Assembly (NCBI GenBank): GCA_937923565.1
Contig: CALDTX010000070.1
Span: 9,219 to 73,218, forward strand
Direction: 5' to 3'
DNA: 64,000 nucleotides
From: an uncultured Granulosicoccaceae bacterium
GTDB taxonomy: Bacteria; Pseudomonadota; Gammaproteobacteria; Granulosicoccales; Granulosicoccaceae
The notes under the pieces were generated by a model, which saw only the letters and a program-made list of their open reading frames with translations, ran no database searches and had not been told where the DNA came from. Below, in pieces: positions 40,432 to 49,846 of the stretch (position 1 is the stretch's first letter; each line of letters begins with the position of its first letter). The position numbers and the translations under genes are program-made.

Positions 40432-41721
40432 CTATTCCGTTACCAATGATTGCTGCAAGCATTTCGCGGCATACTCTATTTGTACTTTAGAAAGATTTTG
40501 ATGTACAGGTAACGCAATCACACTACGCTTTAACCTTTCAGCTACTGGAAATTGCGCCCAATCAACAGCTTCATGCAAATGCTGCCACCAATTGAAGCAT
40601 TCAATATCTTGGTCGGCCAGATACTCTTTTATAGCGGCAGGGTTTTGAACCACCACAGGAAAATAAAGTGGACAGCATCCCTCAGGCAGTTCAGGCAACA
40701 ACGGGCGTATGGCAAAATCGGCTTCAGCCGTTAACGGTTGTTCCATTGATGCTTGGTTCACTGAAGCCTGGTTCAATTGGCCTATCAGCTCAAGCCACTG
40801 CAAATAGTTAGATCGTCGGGCAGACACGATTTTTTCCCTGTTAGCTTTTTTCATCAGCGCTAGTGACGAATTTGACATTCCTACCGAGTAGATCGGCACA
40901 GCCTCTTCACCTTCTGCATCGGCGGAAAGCCAAACAGCACGGTTCAACACAGGGAGCTTTTTAGCCAGCTTAATAGCAATCGAGGGCACTGCAAACAGAG
41001 CTATAAGGAGTCTTCGCTTAACACCAGCTAGGGTATCCAGTTCATTGGGGCTGACGCTGCGTAAATTCTGCTGCAGGGAGTAAAACAGTCGTTGCCAACG
41101 TGGTAATAAGGCAGGCTTTTGCAATTGGGTGTGAGGCGTTACAGAGGCAGTGTGATTAACCAACATTAACCCTCCTTCTGTGAGAGGCAAAGATTTGCGC
41201 GGACTGAACACTGCATATTGCCCAGTACTGCCCAAGGCTTTGTTGTTATGCAAGCTAAACAGAGCGTGCGCACAATCTTCAACAAGGGCTACCTCACGGG
41301 TTTTACACAATTTGGCGAGCTGTTCGATATTTTGCTGCGCAAACCCGAAATAATGGGTAACTAATACCGCTTTGGTTTTATCGTAATGAGTGAGTAGTTT
41401 TTCGATTTGCTGAATATCTGCATTTAGCTGCTCATCAACATCAAAAAATTCACACCGACAACCTTGATGTAAAAACGGGCCCAGCTCGGCACCACAGCAA
41501 TACGCCGGCAACAAGATTACATCACCCGCCCGCAGGTTCAGCGCAGCAGCAACCTGATGCAACCCTGCACTGCCGTTAAATGTTTCAACGACTCGTGTTT
41601 GATTAATTGAATCAAGATAAAACGCATGATCAGTGGCTGACGACACAAGCTCAGTAAACGCAAGCGTTGGCGTCATGGAGATATGGCCAGACCGAAAATA
41701 GTATTTGATTGCTCTATTCAC
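40432..41721 (-). CDS. DegT/DnrJ/EryC1/StrS-family PLP aminotransferase
   Basis: LLPAYCC, LVTHYFG, VEDCAHA, FSPRKSLPLTEGG (PLP Lys) and LPVHQ. The start may be 41676. Confidence 0.87.
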   Translation of the reverse strand: MNRAIKYYFRSGHISMTPTLAFTELVSSATDHAFYLDSINQTRVVETFNGSAGLHQVAAALNLRAGDVILLPAYCCGAELGPFLHQGCRCEFFDVDEQLNADIQQIEKLLTHYDKTKAVLVTHYFGFAQQNIEQLAKLCKTREVALVEDCAHALFSLHNNKALGSTGQYAVFSPRKSLPLTEGGLMLVNHTASVTPHTQLQKPALLPRWQRLFYSLQQNLRSVSPNELDTLAGVKRRLLIALFAVPSIAIKLAKKLPVLNRAVWLSADAEGEEAVPIYSVGMSNSSLALMKKANREKIVSARRSNYLQWLELIGQLNQASVNQASMEQPLTAEADFAIRPLLPELPEGCCPLYFPVVVQNPAAIKEYLADQDIECFNWWQHLHEAVDWAQFPVAERLKRSVIALPVHQNLSKVQIEYAAKCLQQSLVTE

Positions 41722-41913
41722 CGCTTTGGTTAACCATCAAACCGAACCCTACAGTATTAGCGCCATTGTATAGAAACCTTTAACGGCCATCGTCGTAATT
41801 AGATATAAAACTTTGTGAATGAATGTGCCGAAATCGATAGTTTAAGACCGGATAGCGATTAACCAATACCAGGAAGCTGCACAACCAAAACCGAGAAACG
41901 CAAGTAGGCGCTG

Positions 41914-42528
41914 TTATTTAGATTGATTAGGATCAGGCACCAGTTGCGCGCCCAGATGTGCCAATTTTTCGTCAAGCCAGACCTGTTCTGACTTTGGCAC
42001 CCGAAGCTCAATCAACAGCTGATCAGAGAACTGTTTATCGGCAATTTCTATATGAGTGCCACGTAAGGCGTGTTCCAAGATCGCCAAAGAAGAGTAAGGC
42101 AATAGGCAAAAAACAGAATGACAGACGAACACAGTTTCTTTGATCACCTCATCCAACGCATTCACCACACACTGTGTGTAAGCTCTTACGAGCCCGCCCG
42201 CGCCAAGCTTCACGCCACCAAAGAATCGTGTAACAACAACGACAGCGTTGCCCATACCAGAGTGACTCAAGACGTTAAGCATAGGCTTACCAGCTGTTCC
42301 TTTCGGCTCGCCATCGTCACTTTGATCACGCACATAAACATCATCAGGGTGCCCTGCCACCATGGCCCAGCAATGATGATTGGCATCCGGGTACTTGTTA
42401 CGGCAGTGTTCAATGAGCTGGGTTGCGATGAGTTTGGAGTTTGCAGGAGCGACCGTCGTAATAAAGCGGCTACGCTTGATAACAAGCTCAAAACTTTGCG
42501 AGTAGGCAGGTGCCAGATAGCTATCCAT
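41914..42528 (-). CDS. yigZ: YigZ/IMPACT family protein
   Basis: IKRSRF, ANHHCWA, SDDGEPKGTAGKPML and VTRFFGGVKLGAGGLVRAY. Confidence 0.92.
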   Translation of the reverse strand: MDSYLAPAYSQSFELVIKRSRFITTVAPANSKLIATQLIEHCRNKYPDANHHCWAMVAGHPDDVYVRDQSDDGEPKGTAGKPMLNVLSHSGMGNAVVVVTRFFGGVKLGAGGLVRAYTQCVVNALDEVIKETVFVCHSVFCLLPYSSLAILEHALRGTHIEIADKQFSDQLLIELRVPKSEQVWLDEKLAHLGAQLVPDPNQSK

Positions 42529-42735
42529 ACGCTAGTTTATCGCAATCAACCTTCTTGAGATAACATAATCGGATAGTAAGGTCCGGATAGTATAAAATTC
42601 TACAAGCAATGATCCATCGGCATCATTCTTGATTCACCTGCACTACTCTCCAATACATACTGACTGCGTAAACGCCAGTAGGCACTGAAAAATTAACCCA
42701 AAAAGCGCAAATAATAATGGTGCCAAATACAAAAT

Positions 42736-43791
42736 ATGACTAATTCCGGAACCATGGCAACATCGAGGCATAACCCGAATCAGTTAGCAATAGCAATGTA
42801 TTGCTTATCGATCGTGTTTTTAACACTATTAGCTGCTCTACTTGTTAGCTTAGTCGACATACCACGAGTGGCAGAATTAGCCGCGATAGAAGCCAACACA
42901 CCAAATACCAAAGAAGCGCTTCAAACACCAACATTGAAAGCAGAAGTACAATTGGGTTCAGACGCAAATGCAAACACGGATAGATCGTCTGACTTAATGC
43001 ACACGGCAAACAAACTAGGCAAATGGCTCTTAATTAGCCTGCTAATTATCTGGCCATTGTTTTGGATTGAATTGGCGCTAAGGGCCAAGCGCTCAGAATT
43101 CAAACCATATAGCCTAAAAAATCTTTTACATCCTCTGCTAATTTGCGTAATACCACCCTTACGGCTCGGACTACCATCACAACCACATAACTACGATATA
43201 TGGCTTCCGGGAATGCAATGGCAAACGCCTGGTAGGAAATTATTTCTAAAGCTTGAACGCGGCTTCAGCAAGCCTATGTTAATCATTGCTTTATTTATAC
43301 TACCCATCCTTGGCATAGAGTTCTTACTTAAGGACGTTATCGACAAAAACTACTGGCTTCGGGTTGTACTACATCTTAGCACCGGATTTATCTGGTTCGC
43401 ATTCGCTTTCGAATTTATAACCATGATTAGCGCAAGCGATAAAAAGTTCAAATATATCAAAACACACTGGCTCGATCTAGCCATTATTCTATTCCCATTT
43501 ATATCCTTCTTAAGAGGCGTACGCGTGCTGCGCTTAGCAAGACTAGCCAAGTTACAAAAGCTTGCCAAAGCCGGAAGAATATATCGGATGCGTGGCTTAG
43601 GCATGAAAGCATTTAAAGCCATGCTTATGCTACATTTAGTTCAGAGAATACTGCGTATAACACCAGAAAAGACATTAAGTAAACTACGGTTAGAATATGC
43701 AGAAAAAGCAGAAGACTTGGATATTCTAAAGCAGGAAATCGCTCAACTTGAAAAATCGATACTTGAACAGTCGATGGAAAATACAAAATAA
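42736..43791 (+). CDS. Membrane protein with voltage-sensor-like (Ion_trans S1-S4) domain and C-terminal coiled coil
   Basis: S2-like FIWFAFAFEF, S3-like WLDLAII and S4-like LRGVRVLRLARLAK. No pore or TxGYG motif follows. Confidence 0.75.
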   Translation: MTNSGTMATSRHNPNQLAIAMYCLSIVFLTLLAALLVSLVDIPRVAELAAIEANTPNTKEALQTPTLKAEVQLGSDANANTDRSSDLMHTANKLGKWLLISLLIIWPLFWIELALRAKRSEFKPYSLKNLLHPLLICVIPPLRLGLPSQPHNYDIWLPGMQWQTPGRKLFLKLERGFSKPMLIIALFILPILGIEFLLKDVIDKNYWLRVVLHLSTGFIWFAFAFEFITMISASDKKFKYIKTHWLDLAIILFPFISFLRGVRVLRLARLAKLQKLAKAGRIYRMRGLGMKAFKAMLMLHLVQRILRITPEKTLSKLRLEYAEKAEDLDILKQEIAQLEKSILEQSMENTK

Positions 43792-43849
43792 ATCGTACCA
43801 ACGTTCGTTGGTTATGTTCCAATAAAAAATGAAACTTAAAACATTAAAA

Positions 43850-44752
43850 TTAAAATATCGCTTTGACATCGTCAGTAGATTTTCGTTGATGCTCGCTTAA
43901 GGCACTCAGCAAGCCTGCGCCAACCATCAGCAATACACCTAAAATAGCTATCGATGATGGAACAAACTGAAACATTAGAAAATCAATAAGCATAGCCCAT
44001 AAAATTTCTGAATAATAAAACATTGAAACAAAAGCACCATGCCCAACTTTGTAAGAAAAACTAAATAGAAAAACACCAAGCAAGCTGGAAAGCGACATTA
44101 ATGCTATAAAAATTAATTCTTTTGCCCAGGAGATTGACTCCCAGTTTCCCACTACCAGCGGCAATAAAATCAGCACCATAATTCCATGCGTATAGAATGC
44201 CACGCTAATCGGGGAAATGCTATGCCTGTACTTTCTTGCTATAACCGCATTTAAAGAAAAACAAATAACCGACATTAGCAAATACAATATTGACTGTAGA
44301 CTTACCCCATTATTCACAGGATTAATGATCAACATAGCTGCTGCAAAGCTAATCATCGTTGCAGCAATCCGATGCCAATACATCGGTTCTTTTAATAAGA
44401 TCGATGATAAGAAAACCACCAATGGAGGCCCGAGCATTGCCACAGATACCGCCAAGCTTAAAGTAACCTCTTCTAACGCTAACAAGAAAAACCCGAACAT
44501 TCCAAGCTCTAAAACAGCCCGTATTGACGTTGTTAAGAAAGAGCTTGAATTGATTTCGTCGGGCCTGAAAGTCGTGATACCAAAAAAAACTGATAACAAC
44601 ATGAACCCAACGCTTGCTCTTATCAAAAGAACTTGCAGCAAACCATAGCTCGCCAATAAATGCATAGCGCTTAAATTAACAACAGTGATGCAAAACGTCG
44701 CAGTCACCATGTAAATAACAGCACTAACACTATTGGAGAAAAATACATTCAT
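43850..44752 (-). CDS. DMT/EamA-family transporter
   Basis: About 10 TM helices in two repeats, with the SSILLKEP motif. Confidence 0.88.
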   Translation of the reverse strand: MNVFFSNSVSAVIYMVTATFCITVVNLSAMHLLASYGLLQVLLIRASVGFMLLSVFFGITTFRPDEINSSSFLTTSIRAVLELGMFGFFLLALEEVTLSLAVSVAMLGPPLVVFLSSILLKEPMYWHRIAATMISFAAAMLIINPVNNGVSLQSILYLLMSVICFSLNAVIARKYRHSISPISVAFYTHGIMVLILLPLVVGNWESISWAKELIFIALMSLSSLLGVFLFSFSYKVGHGAFVSMFYYSEILWAMLIDFLMFQFVPSSIAILGVLLMVGAGLLSALSEHQRKSTDDVKAIF

Positions 44753-44817
44753 GCCGAAGTGATAGCCATTATCTGCGCGTGAATTATCGGGTATTCTTAG
44801 CTCTCGTTTAATTGCAT

Positions 44818-45600
44818 TTAATAAGTACTAGTTACTCCGCCATCAACAACCAACACATGACCCGTTATATAAGCACTTTGAGATGAGGTGAGAAAATGTG
44901 CAGGCCCTGCGATATCTACGGGGTAGCCGGTTCGGCCCAGCGGCAGCTTACCGTGCTTTATATATAATTCTTTAAAGCGTTCCCCTTCATGCTCATACAT
45001 TTGTTTTTCATTTGAATAGGACATATTCGTTTCGATAAAGCCAGGTGCTATAGCATTTACCCGAATATTAAATTGGCCGAATTCGACAGCCATACTTTTA
45101 GTCATAGCGATAAGACCACCTTTAGCCGCTGAATAAGCAGACGTTGAGGCTTGACCAAAGAGCCCCTGAATAGAGGAAATGTTAACAATAGCCGCACCGT
45201 TCGCATGCGACAAGTATTTCAAACTTTGTTGAGTACAACTATATGCTCCGGCAAGGTTTACCATCAAAACTTGATTCCATTGATCGATACTGGTACTTTC
45301 TACCGTTGAGCTAAACGTTATTGCTGCATTGTTAACGAGAATATCGATTCCCTCAAAATGACTGACAGTTTTAGCGACCATTAACGCAACAGAATCTTCG
45401 TTAGCAATATCACAATAGCAACATTGAGCAGGCATATTTTGCTCATGCAATGGCTTAATAACTTTATTTAGTTCATCTTCATCTTTGTCGACTAACATGA
45501 CTTGACGTCCCTGCATCAGCATATAACGAGCTATTGCCAAGCCAATTCCATTTGCGGCACCGGTTACAACAGCCGTCTTTAGCATCTCAACTGACGACAT
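44818..45600 (-). CDS. SDR-family oxidoreductase
   Basis: TGAANGIG, VNNAA, YSAAK and RVNAIAPG. Overlaps the neuC 3' end. Confidence 0.92.
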   Translation of the reverse strand: MSSVEMLKTAVVTGAANGIGLAIARYMLMQGRQVMLVDKDEDELNKVIKPLHEQNMPAQCCYCDIANEDSVALMVAKTVSHFEGIDILVNNAAITFSSTVESTSIDQWNQVLMVNLAGAYSCTQQSLKYLSHANGAAIVNISSIQGLFGQASTSAYSAAKGGLIAMTKSMAVEFGQFNIRVNAIAPGFIETNMSYSNEKQMYEHEGERFKELYIKHGKLPLGRTGYPVDIAGPAHFLTSSQSAYITGHVLVVDGGVTSTY

Positions 45601-46741
45601 CTAAGGCGCTTCCACTGACTAAAGGCACAGCATCGTAAAAAGACTTTTGTATATTTGTTTTCCATAGTTCACTCGTATTTAACAGCGAGATAAACCGACG
45701 AGCAGCTCCGACTTCACTAGCAGACCCTTTAGTAGGAAACGTATGCCGCCCAGCGAATCGAATAGAATTACTGATATCTGCTCGGTTTGGCAAACAATTT
45801 ATTATGGACGGCGCTTCTACCCTGTTATTTTGTCGCGTACCAATATTAACGCTAGCAATACCTAGATAAGGTGCCTCCTTCACACCTGAACTAGAATTAC
45901 CCACAATCATGTCAGCACCTTTCAACAAACCTATATAGTGCTCAAACGGCAAACTATGCAGAAACGTAAAATTCGGATTTTTCTCAAGAACTTTGTAATT
46001 CTCCTTGATAATTTGACTACCATGGTCATTATTCGGAGAAATAACCAGATATTTTCTGTGGCTTTTTACGACGGAATCTACCAGAGCTTCACAGTGAAAT
46101 TGTAGCTGCTCTAGCTCAGTGGTTACTGAATGAAATAACAGAATACTGTATCGATGAAACGGTACGTTATACAACTTCTTAAGATGATGTAAATTCTCTA
46201 CACTTGCGGCATTTAGAGCATCGACTTCAGGTGCACCTATCTTTAAAACAGATTTAGCTCTTTCTCCCAGTTGCAGTATTCTCTTGCGTGCTTGAACATC
46301 GGCAACAAAATGCAAATGCGACAGCTTAGTAATACTATGGCGCAGAGAGTCATCAATAGTACCGCTAACCTCTCCGCCTTCAAAATGCGAAACTAAAATA
46401 TTGTTTAAACTGCCAACTATAGCCCCGGCTAAAGCCTCCACTCTATCGCCATGCACAATAATCATGTGAGGTTTGATTATTTCAATATATTCAGATAGTC
46501 CCCTAACGGTTGTTGCTAATGTTTTATCCATTCCCGAACCGGAAGTATGATTCTCAAAACGATACAAATTGTCAAACTCAATATCATTTACCGTTAGCCC
46601 ATGCTCCTCCATTAAATGCATGCCAGTAACAAATAGATAAGGTGTAAAACTTTTGTCAGTATATGCAGCGGAAATGACCGATTTCATTTTCCCGTAGTCT
46701 GCACGAGTTCCTGTAATAAATAGCAGCTTCTTATTTACCAT
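45587..46741 (-). CDS. neuC: UDP-N-acetylglucosamine 2-epimerase (hydrolysing, NeuC type)
   Basis: ITGTRADYG, VTGMHL, VHGDRVE, GGEVSGTIDDSLRHSITKLSH, GNSSSG and NIGTRQ. Confidence 0.88.
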   Translation of the reverse strand: MVNKKLLFITGTRADYGKMKSVISAAYTDKSFTPYLFVTGMHLMEEHGLTVNDIEFDNLYRFENHTSGSGMDKTLATTVRGLSEYIEIIKPHMIIVHGDRVEALAGAIVGSLNNILVSHFEGGEVSGTIDDSLRHSITKLSHLHFVADVQARKRILQLGERAKSVLKIGAPEVDALNAASVENLHHLKKLYNVPFHRYSILLFHSVTTELEQLQFHCEALVDSVVKSHRKYLVISPNNDHGSQIIKENYKVLEKNPNFTFLHSLPFEHYIGLLKGADMIVGNSSSGVKEAPYLGIASVNIGTRQNNRVEAPSIINCLPNRADISNSIRFAGRHTFPTKGSASEVGAARRFISLLNTSELWKTNIQKSFYDAVPLVSGSALDVVS

Positions 46742-47100
46742 AACTTATCCGTCTCCATTTCCATTTCCTTACTTCGCGTCAATTGCGTGTACATGCAAAT
46801 GCTTTCTATGATGCATCTACATTAGTGTAGGAAGTTATCTATAAGTCTTAGCTAAAGAAATAGCAAATTCGTGTAACCGTTATATAAAAAGATCCTGTTT
46901 TGTGGGTAAATGCAATAGCCCTTAACGGCGATTTTCGATATGTTTGAATGACCGTAGAGTAAGGAATGACTCATTCTACATTCTCTTTTTATTCACAAAT
47001 ATGATGACAGCAAAACACTATATTAGTCAAAGTAGTTAGTATAGGAACTGTGTTATCTTAGCTTATAACAACATACAAACTATAGATACTATAAGCACTA

Positions 47101-48234
47101 TCACCTTGGGTTATGAATTTTAGCTTCAGAATTGAAAGCTAACCAGGCGAATGCGAAATGAACACCACCATCCAGTTGCACAAGTTGTTCGTTTATATAC
47201 TCGCCAGCAGTGGCCTTTCCAAACATATTCCATGTGCTTCGCGTTTTTTGATCTTTTATTACCCCATCAATTATTTCGAAAGTCAGTTCTTCTCCTTTCA
47301 CCTTTGGACTAAAAGCCGCCACTGAAGGTATTAGCCTTGACTTTTGTATAACAGTATTATCAAGCGCAGAAAGCATTTCTGCCACATTAAAAATTACAAT
47401 GGCCTGATCAGCTTCAGATAAATGATAAACCGGATGCTCCGATAAACCAGACAACGGCACTACAATGCTACTGTCATCGTTTTGAATACCAAGTACCCGT
47501 TCCATTGGAGGGAGTCTGTCATCCGGATCGCCGGAAAAAAGAAACGGATTACTATTGATATCGTCATAACCGGCGTAAGGATTGCGACCATAGGGTCTGG
47601 AGAAGCCAGTGTCTCGACTCAACACCTTGCCAGAGGGAAAGTTACTCATGAAAGACTCAAAAGAAACAATTTGCGATGGCAATTTGGTTAAAACATGCTG
47701 ATTAAACTCACCAATAACGCCTTTGCCTGTGAATTGCTGCCACCAGGTTTCAGTTTGCCGGTCGTACATAATTAAATCACTGTTGAACAGTCGGCCAGTT
47801 GTTCCGAAATCGAGTATTAGATCATCGACGCGCCTCTCAAAAACAATAGAGGCGTTACACAATGGGCAAAATGTTACGGCAACCGCTGACTCATTAACGA
47901 TATCGTTCACTATTTCGTGATACATCAATATTTGCAATGGATAAGCTCTGGCGTCATTGCCATTCGCAAAACTGATTACCGGCTCGTTTGGCGCAAGCCA
48001 TTCTAACGCATCTTCATAAGTTACAAATTTGGGCTTATCGACTGAAGGTATTCCATCACGAGGAGGACCACCCGAAAGAATGCGTCCAATATCAATGGAA
48101 TGATTATCGAAGTCGGTTTTTGGAAACTCACCTGTGGGCAGATAACCCGCAGACTGAGCAAACGTATTCGAAAACCCTAGACATAGCAAAAGCGCTACAA
48201 ATAGACCAATGGCGTGCGGCCTTGTTTTGCACAT
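47101..48234 (-). CDS. Exported DUF3179-family protein
   Basis: Signal peptide, SGGPPRDGIP, RAYPLQILMYHEIVND, TFCPLCN and DLIMYDRQTETWWQQ. Confidence 0.85.
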   Translation of the reverse strand: MCKTRPHAIGLFVALLLCLGFSNTFAQSAGYLPTGEFPKTDFDNHSIDIGRILSGGPPRDGIPSVDKPKFVTYEDALEWLAPNEPVISFANGNDARAYPLQILMYHEIVNDIVNESAVAVTFCPLCNASIVFERRVDDLILDFGTTGRLFNSDLIMYDRQTETWWQQFTGKGVIGEFNQHVLTKLPSQIVSFESFMSNFPSGKVLSRDTGFSRPYGRNPYAGYDDINSNPFLFSGDPDDRLPPMERVLGIQNDDSSIVVPLSGLSEHPVYHLSEADQAIVIFNVAEMLSALDNTVIQKSRLIPSVAAFSPKVKGEELTFEIIDGVIKDQKTRSTWNMFGKATAGEYINEQLVQLDGGVHFAFAWLAFNSEAKIHNPR

Positions 48235-48298
48235 AGTAAAGCTCCCAAATAGTTTTTAGCACTATTTAGTACCTTTAACGACCAATTAGTTCGATCAG

Positions 48299-49714
48299 CT
48301 ATGACTCCGAGAAGCCGAATAGTTTATTTCTGATAATTCGCGCAGCAGTATCTTCAGGGAGTTTATCTTCCCAGCTACCTCGTCCATCAGGAATTTGCGC
48401 CAAGACCTCTCGCGAATATATTTTTAACAGATTCTTATCGCTACAGTTTATGCCGTAAATAAACTGATTTTCCAACAGATGCCTGTAAAGAAAACGCAAA
48501 TGGCTATCTACTTTCGTTGTTTTGAAGTCGAGTATTTCCCCGTTTTCACCCAATTCGGGGTAAACAAACAAACGCGTATTGTCAGGGAACAATTTTCCAA
48601 AGCCTTCTAAAATACCGCCTTCCACACCGTCGTATTGCGAGTCATCAAATATCTCTTTGATATTGATCATGCCTAATACAATACCAATCTGTTTGCTGGT
48701 GTACTGCCTGAAATATGCTCTTAGCGAGAAGTAACGCGTGTAATCCGAAATCATGACACTGTATCCCAAGGCGTTTAGCAAGCGAACACGAGCAATCAGA
48801 TCAGATTCGGGAACCATTAAATCTTTACCGGTTGAATTATTCAGCGATATTTCAGCTAAAACCATGGAATTGTTCTTGTCGACTCCGTCAATCTGCTGAA
48901 ATGCTTCGAAACCTTGCTCAATCATGTCTACATTGAGCTTAGTAACCGGTTTGAATGACCCTCGGATGGTGAGTAAGTTTTTCTTATAGAGTAATTCCGA
49001 AGGCACAGCCACAGACCCATCAGGCTTAAACATGATGGCTCTTGTTTTCCAACTTCGAATCAAATGTAAATTGAGCGCTCGATTGTCTACATCTTCAAAA
49101 TAAGGTCCGTGGAAGTCGATTGAGTCGATCTCCATCCGATCCGCTTCAAGGCCATCGGTTAACGAGTCTATTATTTTGCTAGGGGTATCAAAATAATAGA
49201 AACCTGCATAAATTAAGTTCACACCCAAAATACCCAAAAGCTCTTGTTGTTGCTCGGCTGTTTTATCATGCATCCGAACATGAATAACAATGTCGGAAGG
49301 CTCTGCTCCGGGAAACATTTGCATCCGAACGCCACACCATGCATGGCATTCATTATCTTTGTTGAAGCTCTTCGCTTGAACTGTGCTGGAAAATGCAAAA
49401 TACCGGGATGCCTTAGCCCTAGTAGTGCCCACGCGCGTAACCACTAACTCGAACTCTTTTTCGAGCATCGCCATAACCCGGGCTTTGCTCACATAACGGC
49501 CACCATCCTGGGTGCCATAAATAGCATCTGAAAACTGCATGTCGTAAGCAGACATGGTTTTAGCGATAGTACCCGCCGCCGCTCCCGCCAGAAAGAACTG
49601 CCGTGCCACTTCTTGACCTGCGCCAATTTCAGCGATGGTTCCGTACTTCTTCTCATCAAGATTAATACGAAGCGCTTTATTGCTCGTAGTGCGACTACTG
49701 GTGTTTTTATTCAT
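48299..49714 (-). CDS. Conserved cytoplasmic protein with nucleotidyltransferase-like C-terminal region
   Basis: 471-aa soluble ORF with YGTIAEIGAGQEVAR and IAKTMSAYDM. RGSFKPVT resembles the start of HxGH-family transferases. Confidence 0.7.
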   Translation of the reverse strand: MNKNTSSRTTSNKALRINLDEKKYGTIAEIGAGQEVARQFFLAGAAAGTIAKTMSAYDMQFSDAIYGTQDGGRYVSKARVMAMLEKEFELVVTRVGTTRAKASRYFAFSSTVQAKSFNKDNECHAWCGVRMQMFPGAEPSDIVIHVRMHDKTAEQQQELLGILGVNLIYAGFYYFDTPSKIIDSLTDGLEADRMEIDSIDFHGPYFEDVDNRALNLHLIRSWKTRAIMFKPDGSVAVPSELLYKKNLLTIRGSFKPVTKLNVDMIEQGFEAFQQIDGVDKNNSMVLAEISLNNSTGKDLMVPESDLIARVRLLNALGYSVMISDYTRYFSLRAYFRQYTSKQIGIVLGMINIKEIFDDSQYDGVEGGILEGFGKLFPDNTRLFVYPELGENGEILDFKTTKVDSHLRFLYRHLLENQFIYGINCSDKNLLKIYSREVLAQIPDGRGSWEDKLPEDTAARIIRNKLFGFSES

Positions 49715-49846
49715 AGATGCATTATAGACAAGCCAGCAAGTACGCGCATTTTGAGCGCGATCTGTCTGCTTTAACTATGTTTTCCAATGTGTTACGTTTG
49801 AAATTTGAGCGGATGAGCACCGCTTTACCCGCCTTGGAGACAAACA

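Noticed and set aside
43792-47100. Mobile element boundaries around the neuC islet
   Set aside because: No integrase, transposase, tRNA or flanking direct repeats were seen. Only base composition hints at foreign origin.
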